Assembly (NCBI GenBank): GCA_037445065.1
Contig: JBBILD010000008.1
Location: 32,001 to 96,000, forward strand
From: Myxococcales bacterium
GTDB taxonomy: Bacteria; Desulfobacterota; Binatia; HRBIN30
DNA: 64,000 bases
Direction of reading: 5' to 3'
Below the pieces are notes generated by a model. The model worked only from the letters and a program-made list of their open reading frames with translations. It searched no databases and was not told where the DNA came from. The translations under genes were made by a program, and so were the position numbers. This document shows positions 38,505 through 49,696 of the stretch, in pieces (position 1 is the first letter of the stretch; each line of letters opens with the position of its first letter).

Positions 38505-38888
38505 ATGGACACACGCGATTGGGGAGCGGCGAGCCTAGTGGATTTGCTGGGAGCGGACGCGATCTTGCCGGAGCAGTTTTTTGGCAGAGGCTCGGCGTGC
38601 CAGGCCTCAGGTGAGCGAGCCCTTATGTGGGCGGTGTTTGCGGACGGCCTCGAATGCTACCGGAGGAACTTGGACGCCACCCAGGCGGCGGATCGCGTTG
38701 CGTTCTTGGAGGCGGAAAGCTGGATTTTTCGGAACGATTACGAGTGGCCGTTTTCCTTCGTGAACCTATGCGAGGCCTTCGGTTTTGATCCGAACGGCGT
38801 GCGGGCAGCACTCTTACGCTGGGCCCGGGCTCGTAATAAGCCATTGCGAAGACAGCGTTTTCGTCCCGCCGCGCTGCGCGCTGCTTGA
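38505..38888 (+). CDS. Conserved-looking hypothetical protein
   Basis: GGAGG RBS; ILPEQFF...ERALMWAVFADG...EAESWIF..DYEWPFSFVNLCEAFGFDP. Confidence 0.75.
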   Translation: MDTRDWGAASLVDLLGADAILPEQFFGRGSACQASGERALMWAVFADGLECYRRNLDATQAADRVAFLEAESWIFRNDYEWPFSFVNLCEAFGFDPNGVRAALLRWARARNKPLRRQRFRPAALRAA

Positions 38889-39281
38889 CCGGACCAGTGA
38901 CCCACTGCGTTCGGGGGTGAAAGTTCCGAGAGGCTTTTGATCGGGGTGCCAGCGTTCGCTGGCAAAGACTAGCCGGCTCCGCTTGGCTGACTAGGGTCCG
39001 TAGGCCGCGGCTTTGCCATGGCAGAGCCGTGGGCGGCCCTCAGGGCTTTCTCGACACCGCGCTCAGCAGGAAAGAGCCGGTGTGCTTTGTTGGAGGATTG
39101 CCTTCGGAGCGGATGCGGCCTGGGCACTGCGCGGTGGGCAGAGAAGGCACGCCGAATTCAGGGGCGAGAGGCGGTTGGGTGTCGGTACGTACCGTTTAGG
39201 ACCGGGGCCCACGCACCACTGCTTCTCGGTTTGGGAGAGTTCTGTTATTCGGCTTGTGGTCGTTTCACGGAGGCAACTGGT

Positions 39282-39578
39282 ATGGGCGGGTCCACGCAAC
39301 ATTCCCGAGAGGCAGAGCAGCTTCGAGAAAAGCTGTGGGTGTACGCACAGCGAGTGGTGATCCTGATGGTGGTGCTGGGAGCCGGCATCCTGATCGGGTA
39401 CCAACTTTGGGGGGAGGCAGAGGAGCTCCGCCAGCAGGTGCAGGATTTGCGCGACCGGGTGGTGGCTCGCGAAAAAGAGCGAGACACCCTGAAAAGCCAA
39501 ATGGCCTTGATGGATCGGGATAAGAAAGAGTTAGAAAAGCGGTTGCAAGACGCCTTGGCGCGATGCGGGGTAGAGTGA
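39282..39578 (+). CDS. Small single-TM coiled-coil protein
   Basis: GGAGG RBS, TM helix (VVILMVVLGAGILIGY), heptad-rich C-terminus. Confidence 0.65.
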   Translation: MGGSTQHSREAEQLREKLWVYAQRVVILMVVLGAGILIGYQLWGEAEELRQQVQDLRDRVVAREKERDTLKSQMALMDRDKKELEKRLQDALARCGVE

Positions 39579-39599
39579 TTCGGCCACCGGTTGCGCGAA

Positions 39600-39628
39600 T
39601 TGACAGGGCAGAAGCCCTTCGGTACTCT
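39600..39628 (+). promoter_or_regulatory. Sigma70-type promoter of the ffh operon
   Basis: TTGACA-N17-TACTCT, about 50 nt before the ffh ATG. Confidence 0.6.
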
Positions 39629-39681
39629 GTGGGACTTCGAATTAGCCGCGGTTCTTCGTCAGATAGGTTTTCCCACTTTCC

Positions 39682-41013
39682 ATGTTCGACTCTTTAACCG
39701 AAAAACTCGAGGCCACGGTACGCCGGCTGTGGGGAGTCGGCACGATCACCGAGCGCAACATCGAGGATACTGTGCGCGAGGTGCACTTGGCGCTGCTCGA
39801 AGCGGATGTGCACTTCGAGGTGGTCAAGGAGTTTACGGAGAAGGTGCGGCAGAAGGCGTTGGGGCAAGAGGTTCTTAAAAGTCTAACCCCAGCGCAGCAA
39901 TTCATCAAAATCGTCGACGCTGAGTTGACCGCGGTGATGGGGGGCAGGGCCGTTCCCTTTGAGCTGGGTGGGCCTCTGGCGGTGGTCCTCATGGTAGGCC
40001 TCCAGGGTTCCGGCAAGACGACTACCGCGGCCAAGCTGGCGCGCTACGCGCGTGAGGAGTTGGGGCGAACGCCGTACCTAGTCCCAGCGGATGTGTACCG
40101 TCCGGCAGCGATTGAGCAACTCGCACTGCTGGCTCAGCAAGTCGGGTGCCCCTACTACCCTTCTGATCCCAAGCAATCCGCGGTTGACTTGGCCGCCAGC
40201 GGAGTCGCGCAGGCGAGAGCGCTGGGGTGTGACACGGTTATCATCGACACTGCGGGCCGGCTCCACATTGACGAGGCGCTGATGGAAGAAATCGAGCGCA
40301 TCAAGGCAGCGGTTCAGCCGCGACACGTGGTGTTGGTTGTTGACGCGATGACAGGTCAGGATGCGGTTCGCGTTGCCCAGGGTTTCCACCAGCGTCTGGG
40401 GGTCAGCGGCGTGATTCTAACGAAGTTGGACGGGGATGCGCGCGGTGGGGCAGCTCTTTCCGTACGAGCAGTGACCGGTGCGCCAGTGTTGTTTGTGGGC
40501 ACCGGCGAGAAGATCGAGGCTCTTGAGGTCTTCCATCCGGACCGCATGGCCCGCCGAATTCTGGGAATGGGCGACGTGCTGACCTTGGCAGAGCGGGCGC
40601 AAAAAGCGTACGACGCCAAGAGGGCTCTGGAACTGCAAAGGAAGCTGCGGCGAGACGAGTTCACCATCGAGGATTTCCGAGAGCAACTTCGGGTGATTCG
40701 TAAGATGGGCTCGATGGGGGAGTTGTTATCCTTGATCCCGGGGATGAAGAAGCTCACGCGTGGGGTGGATTTGAACGAAGCTGAGGGTGAGTTGAAGCGC
40801 ATCGAGGCGATTATCAACTCGATGACCAAGGAGGAGCGAGGAAACCCGGGAATTCTGAATGGCAGTCGGCGGCGGCGGATCGCAGCAGGCAGTGGTACTT
40901 CGGTGGCGGAGGTGAACCGCTTCCTCAAGCAGTTCGAGCAGACGCGTAAGATGATGAAGAAGATGTCGAAAGTGATGGGCCGCGGAGGTTTGCCCCCGGG
41001 CTTGGGTTTGTAG
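39682..41013 (+). CDS. ffh: Signal recognition particle protein
   Basis: GLQGSGKTTT, DVYRPAA, DTAGRL, TKLDGDARGG, RILGMGD, Met-rich M domain. Confidence 0.98.
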   Translation: MFDSLTEKLEATVRRLWGVGTITERNIEDTVREVHLALLEADVHFEVVKEFTEKVRQKALGQEVLKSLTPAQQFIKIVDAELTAVMGGRAVPFELGGPLAVVLMVGLQGSGKTTTAAKLARYAREELGRTPYLVPADVYRPAAIEQLALLAQQVGCPYYPSDPKQSAVDLAASGVAQARALGCDTVIIDTAGRLHIDEALMEEIERIKAAVQPRHVVLVVDAMTGQDAVRVAQGFHQRLGVSGVILTKLDGDARGGAALSVRAVTGAPVLFVGTGEKIEALEVFHPDRMARRILGMGDVLTLAERAQKAYDAKRALELQRKLRRDEFTIEDFREQLRVIRKMGSMGELLSLIPGMKKLTRGVDLNEAEGELKRIEAIINSMTKEERGNPGILNGSRRRRIAAGSGTSVAEVNRFLKQFEQTRKMMKKMSKVMGRGGLPPGLGL

Positions 41014-41043
41014 TAATTCGACCAGGAAGGAGAACACGAAACA

Positions 41044-41337
41044 ATGGCAACCACGATTCGCCTGGCTCGGCATGGCGCAAAAAAACGCCCGTTTTATCGG
41101 ATCGTTGTCGCTGATCGCCGAGCACGCCGCGATGGTCGTCGGCTAGATCAGATCGGCTATTACGATCCCAACCGTGAACCCGCGGAAGTGCAGATTGACG
41201 AACAGAAATTGCAGCTTTGGCTCGCGCGGGGTGCCCAGCCGACGTTGATTGTGGAGCAACTGATGAAGCGCTGGCGTCAGGCCCGCAGTGGCGCTGAGGC
41301 CGGCAGTGTACCGGCACCAGAGAACGGGGAGGCATAG
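41044..41337 (+). CDS. rpsP: 30S ribosomal protein S16
   Basis: [30 protein letters not shown]. Confidence 0.97.
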   Translation: MATTIRLARHGAKKRPFYRIVVADRRARRDGRRLDQIGYYDPNREPAEVQIDEQKLQLWLARGAQPTLIVEQLMKRWRQARSGAEAGSVPAPENGEA

Positions 41338-41339
41338 TC

Positions 41340-41576
41340 ATGAAGGAACTGGTTCAACTCTTGGCAAAGTCCCTGGTGAGCAACCCGGACGCTGTGGAAG
41401 TGCGGGAAACGCAGGGGGAAACTGCTTCGGTCCTCGAACTCAAGGTGGCACGCGAGGACCTGGGCCGTATCATTGGTAAGCAAGGCCGTACCGCGAAGTC
41501 GATCCGCACGATCCTCAATGCGGCGGCGTCTCGTGCCAACCGCAAAGTCATTCTCGAAATCATCGAGGAGAAGTAA
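41340..41576 (+). CDS. khpA: KH-domain RNA-binding protein
   Basis: DLGRIIGKQGRTAKSIR, between rpsP and rimM. Confidence 0.92.
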   Translation: MKELVQLLAKSLVSNPDAVEVRETQGETASVLELKVAREDLGRIIGKQGRTAKSIRTILNAAASRANRKVILEIIEEK

Positions 41577-41610
41577 ACCGCAGTCGGGGGCTTACCGCCC
41601 AGGCGAGGAC

Positions 41611-42117
41611 TTGGGCTGGATTCGCCTGGGCCGACTTGTTCGCCCGCATTCTTTGTCGGGGGAAGTTTGTTTGTTGCCCGACAACCCCTCGAGTTCGACG
41701 TTGTCGAAAGGCACGGAAGTCGAACTCCGCCTGCAGGGGGACCGACAAATACGGCAGATCGCCGGTGTACGCCGACATAAGGTATTTTTGCTCCTGAGCT
41801 TTGCTGGGATCGAGGACCGGAGCGCAGCAGAGGCGTTAGTCGGCGCCGAGTTGTGGGTCAGAGTCGAGCAGCTCCCACCCTTGGGTGAGGGTGAGTTTTA
41901 CCTCCACGAGCTGCGCGGTATGGAGGTAGTGACCACGAGTGGGGAGAGGGTGGGAGAGGTCCTGGATGTGTGGCCAGCTCCAGCGGGCGATGTTTTGGTG
42001 GTGGGGTGTGGCGGCCGGGAAAGCCTGGTCCCGATGGTGGACACATTCATCAAGCAGGTTAATCGGCAGACACGCCAAATCCTCATTGATCCCATCCCGG
42101 GGTTACTGGGCGAATAA
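41611..42117 (+). CDS. rimM: Ribosome maturation factor
   Basis: [42 protein letters not shown] start after GAGGA. Confidence 0.9.
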   Translation: MGWIRLGRLVRPHSLSGEVCLLPDNPSSSTLSKGTEVELRLQGDRQIRQIAGVRRHKVFLLLSFAGIEDRSAAEALVGAELWVRVEQLPPLGEGEFYLHELRGMEVVTTSGERVGEVLDVWPAPAGDVLVVGCGGRESLVPMVDTFIKQVNRQTRQILIDPIPGLLGE

Positions 42118-42851
42118 TGCGGATTCACGTTCTCTCCCTGTTTCCGGAACTGTTCTCTTCGGTGTTGAACTCCACCATGCTCAAAAAGGCCCAGGAGCGG
42201 CGGGCCGTGGAGTTCTGTTTGGTGAACATCCGGGACTATGCCACCGATAAGCACAGAGTCACGGATGACACGCCTTACGGCGGTGGGCACGGGATGGTGA
42301 TGAAGGTAGAGCCCGTGGTTGCCGCCTTGGAGGCAGTGGGGGAAGGCTCGGAACGTCCGTACCGTGTGTTGCTGACGCCATCTGGCCGAGTTTTCAACCA
42401 AGACCGAGCCGTGGAATTGGCGAAAAAGCCGGGCCTCGCTTTGGTGTGCGGCCGTTACGAAGGCGTTGATGCAAGAGTCGCGTTCTTCGTTGACGAGGAG
42501 CTATCGGTCGGTGACTTCATTTTATCCGGTGGTGAAATCGCGGCACTCGTCGTCATTGACGCGGTTACCCGACTTCTGCCAGGCGCCTTGGGCTGTGAGG
42601 AGTCTTCACGGTCCGAGTCGTTCGCGGAAGGGCTGCTCGAGTACCCGCAGTACACACGGCCGGCTGAATTTCGCGGGCTTCGGGTTCCTGATGTGTTGCT
42701 CTCCGGTGACCACGAAGCGATCGCACGTTGGCGAAGAGAACAGGCGCTTCGGCTTACCTGGGAGCGGCGCCCGGATCTCTTATCTCGCGCTAGGCTCACT
42801 GAGCAAGACAAGGCGTTTTTAGCCACCCTCGTTGCGGCCTCACATGGCTGA
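42117..42851 (+). CDS. trmD: tRNA (guanine37-N1)-methyltransferase
   Basis: [46 protein letters not shown]. Confidence 0.97.
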   Translation: MRIHVLSLFPELFSSVLNSTMLKKAQERRAVEFCLVNIRDYATDKHRVTDDTPYGGGHGMVMKVEPVVAALEAVGEGSERPYRVLLTPSGRVFNQDRAVELAKKPGLALVCGRYEGVDARVAFFVDEELSVGDFILSGGEIAALVVIDAVTRLLPGALGCEESSRSESFAEGLLEYPQYTRPAEFRGLRVPDVLLSGDHEAIARWRREQALRLTWERRPDLLSRARLTEQDKAFLATLVAASHG

Positions 42852-43404
42852 TCTCTACCTCGCTCTGCTTCATCACCCCGTACTGGATAAAAACGGGCAG
42901 GTTGTGACCACTGCGCTCACGAACATGGACGTGCACGATATTGCCCGCTCCGCCCTAACGTACGGTGTACGCCGCTTTTACGTGGCGCACCCGGTGCGTG
43001 CCCTGCGCCTGCTGGCACAACGGATCGTCGAGCATTGGCAAACCGGCTACGGCGCCACGTACAACGTAACCCGTAAAGAAGCGTTGAGCATCGTGGCCCT
43101 CGAGGCGGATCTGGATGGTGTCCTCGTTGCGATCGAGCGTGAGACTGGCCAGTGGCCGCGATTGATTGCTACCTCGGCACGGGAGAGCCCCCAGCGCAGG
43201 ACCTTCGCGGAGCTTCGTGACGACCTGTGCCGGAGCACGCAACCCCAGCTTCTCCTGCTCGGTACAGGGTGGGGGTTGGCGCCCGAGGTGATCGCTCGAG
43301 CGGACGCTTTTCTAGAGCCGATCAGGGGTGTTGGGCCGTACAATCATCTATCGGTTCGTTCGGCGGCTGCCATTATGCTTGATCGGCTGAGGGGCTCGCG
43401 CTAG
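42844..43404 (+). CDS. SPOUT-type RNA methyltransferase (DUF2168-like)
   Basis: LLHHPV..KNG...[33 protein letters not shown]. Confidence 0.88.
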   Translation: MADLYLALLHHPVLDKNGQVVTTALTNMDVHDIARSALTYGVRRFYVAHPVRALRLLAQRIVEHWQTGYGATYNVTRKEALSIVALEADLDGVLVAIERETGQWPRLIATSARESPQRRTFAELRDDLCRSTQPQLLLLGTGWGLAPEVIARADAFLEPIRGVGPYNHLSVRSAAAIMLDRLRGSR

Positions 43405-43434
43405 GGATCGCCGTTCGTCTTACGAGGGAAAAAT

Positions 43435-43791
43435 ATGAAAAGCGGCAAACAGGTGATCGAGCGCATCGAGCAGCGCCAGCTCCGGTCCGACCTTCCCGAG
43501 TTTCGCCCCGGTGATACGGTGCGCGTGCACGCAAAAGTGGTCGAAGGCGACAAGGAGCGCATTCAGGTGTTCGAAGGAGTGGTCATCCGGCGGACTCGCG
43601 GCGGTATTCGGGCCACGTTTACGGTGCGGAAGGTGTCTTATGGCGTGGGGGTGGAGCGGACGTTCCCGTTGCACTCCCCGCGTATCGATAAGATCGAGGT
43701 TGTCAGCCGTGGCAAGGTGCGACGGGCGCGGTTGTATTACTTGCGTGAACTGTCAGGAAAGGCTGCTCGCATCCAGGAACGATCGTCCTGA
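43435..43791 (+). CDS. rplS: 50S ribosomal protein L19
   Basis: [46 protein letters not shown]. Confidence 0.98.
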   Translation: MKSGKQVIERIEQRQLRSDLPEFRPGDTVRVHAKVVEGDKERIQVFEGVVIRRTRGGIRATFTVRKVSYGVGVERTFPLHSPRIDKIEVVSRGKVRRARLYYLRELSGKAARIQERSS

Positions 43792-44628
43792 GTCAGTTCC
43801 TGGCGCTGACGGATCGTGGTGACTAGCTACGTACCGCTCCACGAATTCGTGTACGCGGGCCGCAACGATTTCTTTTTCGCAATCAACGCTGACAACGTGA
43901 AAGCTCCGTTCCAACCGAACGATTTCGACGCGCCCGGCGCCTGCTGCTTTTAAGAGTTCAATACCCTGCCAAGAGCAAGTGTGGTCCGCAGCGGACTGAA
44001 CCGCCAGGATCGGCTGTCTGAGAAGGGGCAACGCTTTGCGCACTTCGCGCTGTAAGCAAAGCAGCTCGTAGAGGGCGCGAACCGGGATCTGATCGTATCC
44101 ACGCCGCGCCGCTCTGGCTTCGGGGTCGGCGATGTCGCTCGGCCCTTTGCGTAACAACGGCCGCCAGCGGGCCAACAAAGGGAGCGCCGGCCGGAGCCAG
44201 TGTAGCCAGCGCGACTGTAAGACCAGCGCTGGGGCAAGCAGCACGAGTGCAGCCACTCTCTCAGCGCGATGCAACGCCGCCCACATCGCTAACAAGGCCC
44301 CAAGGGATTGTCCTACGACGATTGCAGGTTGTGCTGGGGTAGCGAAGGCAAGCAGTGTCTGTTCTAAGCGATCGTACCAATCACGCCACGCGACACGGTT
44401 CAGGTCCGCGGCTGAGCTGCCGTGACCGGGCAGCTGGACGGCAATTGCTTGCCTGCCCTTTTCCGACAGTTGGCGGGCGAGAAACGCCATCTCCTCGGCG
44501 GTGGCGGTGAAGCCGTGGACCAGCACGCACGCGGGCGAACGGCCGGGATACAATCTGATGGAATCACTTAGGCTGTCGCTTTGACCAGGTACGGGCAAGG
44601 ACCGAGAGAACGTTGTAGAAGCCGTCAC
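43753..44628 (-). CDS. Alpha/beta hydrolase (carboxylesterase / monoacylglycerol lipase-like)
   Basis: HGFT, LPGHG, GQSLG nucleophile elbow, DHT, SFHV. Confidence 0.88.
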   Translation of the reverse strand: MTASTTFSRSLPVPGQSDSLSDSIRLYPGRSPACVLVHGFTATAEEMAFLARQLSEKGRQAIAVQLPGHGSSAADLNRVAWRDWYDRLEQTLLAFATPAQPAIVVGQSLGALLAMWAALHRAERVAALVLLAPALVLQSRWLHWLRPALPLLARWRPLLRKGPSDIADPEARAARRGYDQIPVRALYELLCLQREVRKALPLLRQPILAVQSAADHTCSWQGIELLKAAGAGRVEIVRLERSFHVVSVDCEKEIVAARVHEFVERYVASHHDPSAPGTDSGRSFLDASSLS

Positions 44629-44633
44629 CGAAG

Positions 44634-46565
44634 TCAGCGAGCGCCGGAGGAACGCGATGCTGCAGCCACTTCGACTCGGCCGAGGCGGATCTGCGCTTCC
44701 GCCTTAAGGCCGTTGAGAAACTTTTCCAACACCTCGGACCGCCGCTCGTTGGTCGCTTGCTGAATCAAGCGATCCTTTTCCTTCTGGAACTCTGCCCAGT
44801 CCGGCGCCAGCTTTTCTTTGAAAGCGACAACATAGAAACTGTCCCCACTGCTGAACACTTGCGATGGTAAGGGTGACTCAGCTGAAAGTGCGAAGGCGAT
44901 CTTCTTGAGTTCTGGCAAAGTCCCGATGTGAGGAACGTACCCCCCTTCAAACGTGAACGGACCGGTTTCCTGAACTTCGCGTTGCATAGATTGCGCCGTG
45001 GCTTCGAAGCCTTTCTCCTTCGCGGCGGACAAGAAGGCCTCTGCCTTCTCGCGCGCCAGCGCGCGCGCCTTCTCGAGCCGGGCCTCAGCCGCAACCCTTT
45101 CCCGGATCGCGGGAAGTTCGGGTACGAACGACTCCTGCCTTTCGAGGACGCGGAAGATTACGAAATGATTTCCCGACCTGACCACGGGCCCGACTTCCTG
45201 CACCTTGGTTTCAAACGCTGCCCGACTGAGCGGGTGTGCCCCTAATTTCTCGATCGGGTCGTTTTGGGCAAACGGCCCCGCCACGCGCACCTCGATGCCC
45301 GATGTCCCCGCCACCTGTGCGAGGGAGTCCCCACTGGCCACGCGCTCCCGGTCTTGCTCCGCTTGTATCTGCGCGAGCGCGCGCGCCCTTTCGCGTTTGA
45401 GTCGTTCAGAAAGCGTGGCCTTTACCTCGTCGAACGGGCGAGTGTGGGCAGGCAGCTTCTCTTCTACCTTGATGATGTGAAAGCCAAAAGTGGTTTCCAC
45501 GGGCTCGCTGACGCTCCCGGGTTCCAGACTAAAGGCGACTGCCTCGAAGGGAGCCACCATTTTCCCGCGCTCGAAAAATCCCAAGTCACCGCCCTGTTCG
45601 GCACTGCCGGGGTCCTGGGACAGCTCTTTCGCGAGAGTGGCAAAGTCCTCACCTTTACGGATGCGGGACAAGGCCTCTTCTGCCCGTTTGCGGGCTTCTT
45701 GTTTTTGCTCTGCCGACGCCGACGGTTCGAGCCGGAACAAGATGTGGCGGGCCCGGACCTTCTCAGGTGTAGAAAACTCGCTTTCGTGCTCTTCGTAGTA
45801 ACGGCGAATTTCTTCCTCCGTTACCTCGGCGCGAGGCAAGAAGGTTTGTTCGTCGTAGAGCGCGTACTCGACTTTGACTCTCTCGGGCTCGCGAAAGGAC
45901 TCGCGGTGCCTGTTGTAGTAATCTTGCACGTGGGCATCATCCACTGCCACTTCTCGGGAGAACTGGTGCGGGTCGAACTCCACGAAGGCCAAATTGACCT
46001 TTTCGTTCACGGCTAGGAACTGCTGGCGCGCGTCCTGCTCGGACACGTACACCCCCGCCAACGCGATATCCTGCACCTTACGTACAATAAGATCCCGCCG
46101 GACAGATTCTTCGAACTCACCCGGTGTTAGGCGATTGGCTCGCAGTACCCGCAGGTAGAAGTCCTTGTCAAATTGGCCTGCCTCGCTGCGGAAGGCTGGC
46201 ATCTGCGCGATTGCGTCACGCACCTCCTTATCTGTCGCGGTAAGGCCCCATCGCACCCCAGTTTGATACAAAAGCTCCGTCCGGATGAGCTGATCGAGTG
46301 CCTGACCGCGGGTGTCGACGCTTTGCAAGAGTTCAGGGCGAAATTGGTCTCCGTACAGGTCGCGGTAAAAGCGAACGAGATTCTCATGTGCGCGCTCGAG
46401 TTCCTTCTCGGTAATCGGCACCCCGTTTACAGTCGCGGCAGGACTGAAACGATCTGTTCCCTGCAAGCCCACGCCGATTCCCCAGTAAATGAACGTCGCC
46501 GCCAACAGCCCGAACAACAGTTTGATCCACAGAGAGGCGGCGTGGCGGCGCATGAACTTCAACAT
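44634..46565 (-). CDS. PpiD/SurA-family periplasmic chaperone and parvulin PPIase
   Basis: N-terminal [46 protein letters not shown]. Confidence 0.92.
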   Translation of the reverse strand: MLKFMRRHAASLWIKLLFGLLAATFIYWGIGVGLQGTDRFSPAATVNGVPITEKELERAHENLVRFYRDLYGDQFRPELLQSVDTRGQALDQLIRTELLYQTGVRWGLTATDKEVRDAIAQMPAFRSEAGQFDKDFYLRVLRANRLTPGEFEESVRRDLIVRKVQDIALAGVYVSEQDARQQFLAVNEKVNLAFVEFDPHQFSREVAVDDAHVQDYYNRHRESFREPERVKVEYALYDEQTFLPRAEVTEEEIRRYYEEHESEFSTPEKVRARHILFRLEPSASAEQKQEARKRAEEALSRIRKGEDFATLAKELSQDPGSAEQGGDLGFFERGKMVAPFEAVAFSLEPGSVSEPVETTFGFHIIKVEEKLPAHTRPFDEVKATLSERLKRERARALAQIQAEQDRERVASGDSLAQVAGTSGIEVRVAGPFAQNDPIEKLGAHPLSRAAFETKVQEVGPVVRSGNHFVIFRVLERQESFVPELPAIRERVAAEARLEKARALAREKAEAFLSAAKEKGFEATAQSMQREVQETGPFTFEGGYVPHIGTLPELKKIAFALSAESPLPSQVFSSGDSFYVVAFKEKLAPDWAEFQKEKDRLIQQATNERRSEVLEKFLNGLKAEAQIRLGRVEVAAASRSSGAR

Positions 46566-46664
46566 ACGGGCGGTACCTCGAATGCCACGATAGACAAGCC
46601 TTCTCCTAGGCGCAATTCAAAGGCGACCGGCGACCGAACCGCGGGGGTGACTCTTCGGGAGCGT

Positions 46665-46961
46665 TTACGTGACGCGGCGCGTGTAAGCTCGCCACTCCTC
46701 CGGGGTGAGAGCTTCTACGGAGAGCGCGTGAATCCAGCTTCGCAACTCTTCCGCCAGGAGTGCGTATACAGCCCGATGGCGGTCGAGAGTGGACTGCCCA
46801 GAAAATCGTTGCGACACGATGCGAAGACGCAGGTGCTTTTTGCCCGGTTGCGCTTCTCGGTGTCCCCTGTGACGATTGCTCTCGTCCTCGAGTTCTAGGA
46901 ACTCGGGTGCAAAGTAGTTTGTTAGCTTAGTGCGTAGCTGTTCCAGGTTCGCCTCGGACAT
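46665..46961 (-). CDS. bolA: BolA family protein
   Basis: DESNRHRGH, HLRLRIVS..F.G...LDRHRAVY, IHALS. Confidence 0.9.
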   Translation of the reverse strand: MSEANLEQLRTKLTNYFAPEFLELEDESNRHRGHREAQPGKKHLRLRIVSQRFSGQSTLDRHRAVYALLAEELRSWIHALSVEALTPEEWRAYTRRVT

Positions 46962-47487
46962 GTCGGGTCGGCCGCAAAGGAACCACTTCATTCATCTCTG
47001 TCCAATAAGCAATCAGACTTCGGACTACATGGCAAAACCGCTCGAACTGCGTCGGTTTGACTACGTAACTGTTCGCGCCCAAGCGATAGCACTCCTCGAT
47101 TTCTTCGGAATCACTGGAAGAGCTAAACACGACAACGGGGAGGAGGGCGGTGCCAGGGTGGGATCGAATTTTTTGCAGCAACTCTCGACCATCGGACCGC
47201 GCTAGGTGCAGGTCCAGAAGAACCAATCGAAGCCCGCTCTCGTCTCCAGAGGCTTCCTCTCCAAAAAGTACAGCTTCGGCTTCTCCCACCTCTGTGACTT
47301 GAAGCAATTTGTAGAGCCCGCGCCCATCGCTCAAGGCCGCGGCCAAGATCTCCTGATCGTAGGCGTCGTCCTCGACCACCAACACCACTGGCAATTGGGA
47401 TCCGCTCCGCCACTCCCACCGTTTCTTTTGCACTGCATCACCTGTATATCGTGTTGCTAGCGTCTCATTCTCTTTGCCAGATCGCAA
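46927..47487 (-). CDS. Single-domain response regulator (Rcp1-like)
   Basis: VLVVEDD, LVLLDL, DGRELL, VVVFSSS, YRLGANSYVVKP. Start uncertain. Confidence 0.85.
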   Translation of the reverse strand: MRSGKENETLATRYTGDAVQKKRWEWRSGSQLPVVLVVEDDAYDQEILAAALSDGRGLYKLLQVTEVGEAEAVLFGEEASGDESGLRLVLLDLHLARSDGRELLQKIRSHPGTALLPVVVFSSSSDSEEIEECYRLGANSYVVKPTQFERFCHVVRSLIAYWTEMNEVVPLRPTRHVRGEPGTATH

Positions 47488-47506
47488 TAGAAAAGAGTCC
47501 CGGCCC

Positions 47507-49588
47507 TCAGACGGGAGGGACGGTGAGGACGCGCACGGAATGGGGCGGCATGAGACCTAGCTCGACCACGCCGTTGCGTACGGGCAGGATTGCGCCAGTC
47601 CAAAATTCGGGCACATGGGTCAGGCTCCTGGCGTGGGGCGCATACCGCAGGAGGTCGACATGTTTCGTCGCCGCGGTGTCCATCGGATTGAAGATGGCGA
47701 TCGAGAACTGCTCAGCGGAACTCTGTACCAAAATGTCCGGAAAGTCCCCGCACATTACGTCCACAAAAGTTGCGCTGCTGTCGGTGGCCAGTTCTAAGGT
47801 TTGTCGTAGTCGCTCGACCTCGGGCTGGGCGAACAGCGCAAGGCGATCGCTGAGGACAACGGACCCGCCGGTGAGGGCGATCGCGGTCGCCAACGTACGA
47901 AACTCCTCTTCGCTCAGGCGTGTGGACTGAGTACGAACCATCAAACAGTCAGGGTCATTGATCCACCAGCGCCGGTGCAAAAAGGCACGAGACAGAATGT
48001 TGCGCACGGCGTGTTTCGTTGCCACGCCGTGTAAGTCGCGCAGGATCACCCGGCTGATGGTGTCAGACCAATATGGCGCGACGTCCGGGCCAATGCGCAT
48101 GCTGTCTACGAGCCCGACCGCAGGTCCGAAAGGGCATCCACAGCCAATCAGGAACGTGTCCGGAGCGGCGCGGCGAATCGCCTCCAAGCCAATCCGAAGG
48201 GCCGCCGCGCGGGTAACGTCTTTCCGGTAGCGGTGCCCCGGCAAGGCGCCGGCGTAGAGAAAATCCAGCTTGAGCAGGTCGAAGCCCCATTTCTGTGTCA
48301 GAGTCGCGATGGTTCGTTGCAGCCATTCCAGGACGTCTGGGTGGGTGCAGTCGACCGCGTAACATGCCCGCCAGCCCCACAGCGGGTTCCTTAGCGCAAG
48401 CACCGGACGCCCTTCCTCGTCTTTGACGAGCCACTCCGGGTGCTCCCGAGCGAGGCGGGATGTGCTGCGGGCGAGAAACGGGGCCAGCCAAATTCCGGCC
48501 CCATAGCCCGCGCGGTGGATCCGCTCCGCCAAGTACTGCATCCCATGGGGAAATTTCGAGTTGGTGTCCAGCCAATCCCCTACATCGGCTTGGTAGCCGT
48601 CATCGATTTGCACGTAGTCGAGCCTCAAGAGGCCGCGCAGCTGCTGGGCATGTTCTAAATTTTCGAGAACGGCCCCCTCGTCAACATTAGTGAAATAGTA
48701 GTACCACGAGCACCACCCATGAGGTTTTTCCGCTGCAAGCCGGGCTTCCATGGTTTGCCCGCTGAGTTCTGCGTAGGCACAAAGTAGGGCGAATGGGTCG
48801 GATCCACAGCCAAGGGCGAGCGGGGGCAAAATCAGCTCTGCCCCAGGCTCCAGCCGCACGCCCTCATAATCCACTGCGGCGCGCCATTGGGTGCAGTGAT
48901 TTGCGTTGACCGCGATTTCGATGGCGGGAAACACGGTGCGCGCGTCCAAAAAGCCAGCGAGCAATGTGCACCCTGTAGGCCGGTGTTGGATGGCGGTGAA
49001 AATTTCGGAACGGAACTCCCCTGGGCGTTGTCGCGGCAGATGTTGGGGGTCGAGTACGCTGATTTGCACGAATGAAAAGCAGGGAGCAGGATCTATATCG
49101 GTCGCGGCGAAGCTCCGCGTGCCGGTCCAAGACTGGTATCCGTTCCGATAGATCATCCATTCTCTGGTTGGCCCGCGAACCGCTACCCTGCCAAAGTCGG
49201 GCAACCAGAGAGGAGCCACTTCATACATCCGAACCGAAGCAGTGCCCAAGTTGCGGAGCTTACCGTGGATCACGGCGAAATCTCTCTGCTGGGCAAGGGA
49301 AAATTCGAATTGCAGCCCATCGCCGTTTGGCTCGCACAGAATTTTGTCCGTCGTTCCTGGCAGGGCGGGTCGGTACGACTCGCTTCTGCCGCCGGCCAAG
49401 TAGCGAGCCGCCGGGCGTAAGTCCTGGAGGAAGATCCCGTGTTCCTCGCAGCGGAAGTGAAAACGCCCGTCCCGAACCTCGTACTGCAACCCCACCCATT
49501 TCTCCTTTGACGTGGCGTGAAGCCGTTTGCTTTTGTCGTGAAAGGAGTAGGCTGTCAACTCCCGAACCAGCCTCAACAGTTGGTTCAA
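47507..49588 (-). CDS. Alpha-galactosidase, GH36-like
   Basis: GWCSWY, QIDDGYQ, GIWLAPF, LKLDF (nucleophile), RIGPDV (acid/base), NDPD. Confidence 0.88.
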   Translation of the reverse strand: MNQLLRLVRELTAYSFHDKSKRLHATSKEKWVGLQYEVRDGRFHFRCEEHGIFLQDLRPAARYLAGGRSESYRPALPGTTDKILCEPNGDGLQFEFSLAQQRDFAVIHGKLRNLGTASVRMYEVAPLWLPDFGRVAVRGPTREWMIYRNGYQSWTGTRSFAATDIDPAPCFSFVQISVLDPQHLPRQRPGEFRSEIFTAIQHRPTGCTLLAGFLDARTVFPAIEIAVNANHCTQWRAAVDYEGVRLEPGAELILPPLALGCGSDPFALLCAYAELSGQTMEARLAAEKPHGWCSWYYYFTNVDEGAVLENLEHAQQLRGLLRLDYVQIDDGYQADVGDWLDTNSKFPHGMQYLAERIHRAGYGAGIWLAPFLARSTSRLAREHPEWLVKDEEGRPVLALRNPLWGWRACYAVDCTHPDVLEWLQRTIATLTQKWGFDLLKLDFLYAGALPGHRYRKDVTRAAALRIGLEAIRRAAPDTFLIGCGCPFGPAVGLVDSMRIGPDVAPYWSDTISRVILRDLHGVATKHAVRNILSRAFLHRRWWINDPDCLMVRTQSTRLSEEEFRTLATAIALTGGSVVLSDRLALFAQPEVERLRQTLELATDSSATFVDVMCGDFPDILVQSSAEQFSIAIFNPMDTAATKHVDLLRYAPHARSLTHVPEFWTGAILPVRNGVVELGLMPPHSVRVLTVPPV

Positions 49589-49696
49589 TGCTTGGTGCGA
49601 GGCCCGGCGATCCCTCGTTTGCTGCTCAGCCGGGCCCAGGGCGTCCTCTTCCCGCCTCGGGATCCTAATCGCCGCACTTTCCGACCGGTATTTCCC

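Noticed and set aside
39682..43791. ffh-rpsP-khpA-rimM-trmD-SPOUT-rplS as a novel arrangement
   Set aside because: Well-known conserved operon; the SPOUT gene after trmD is common in deltaproteobacteria-like lineages.
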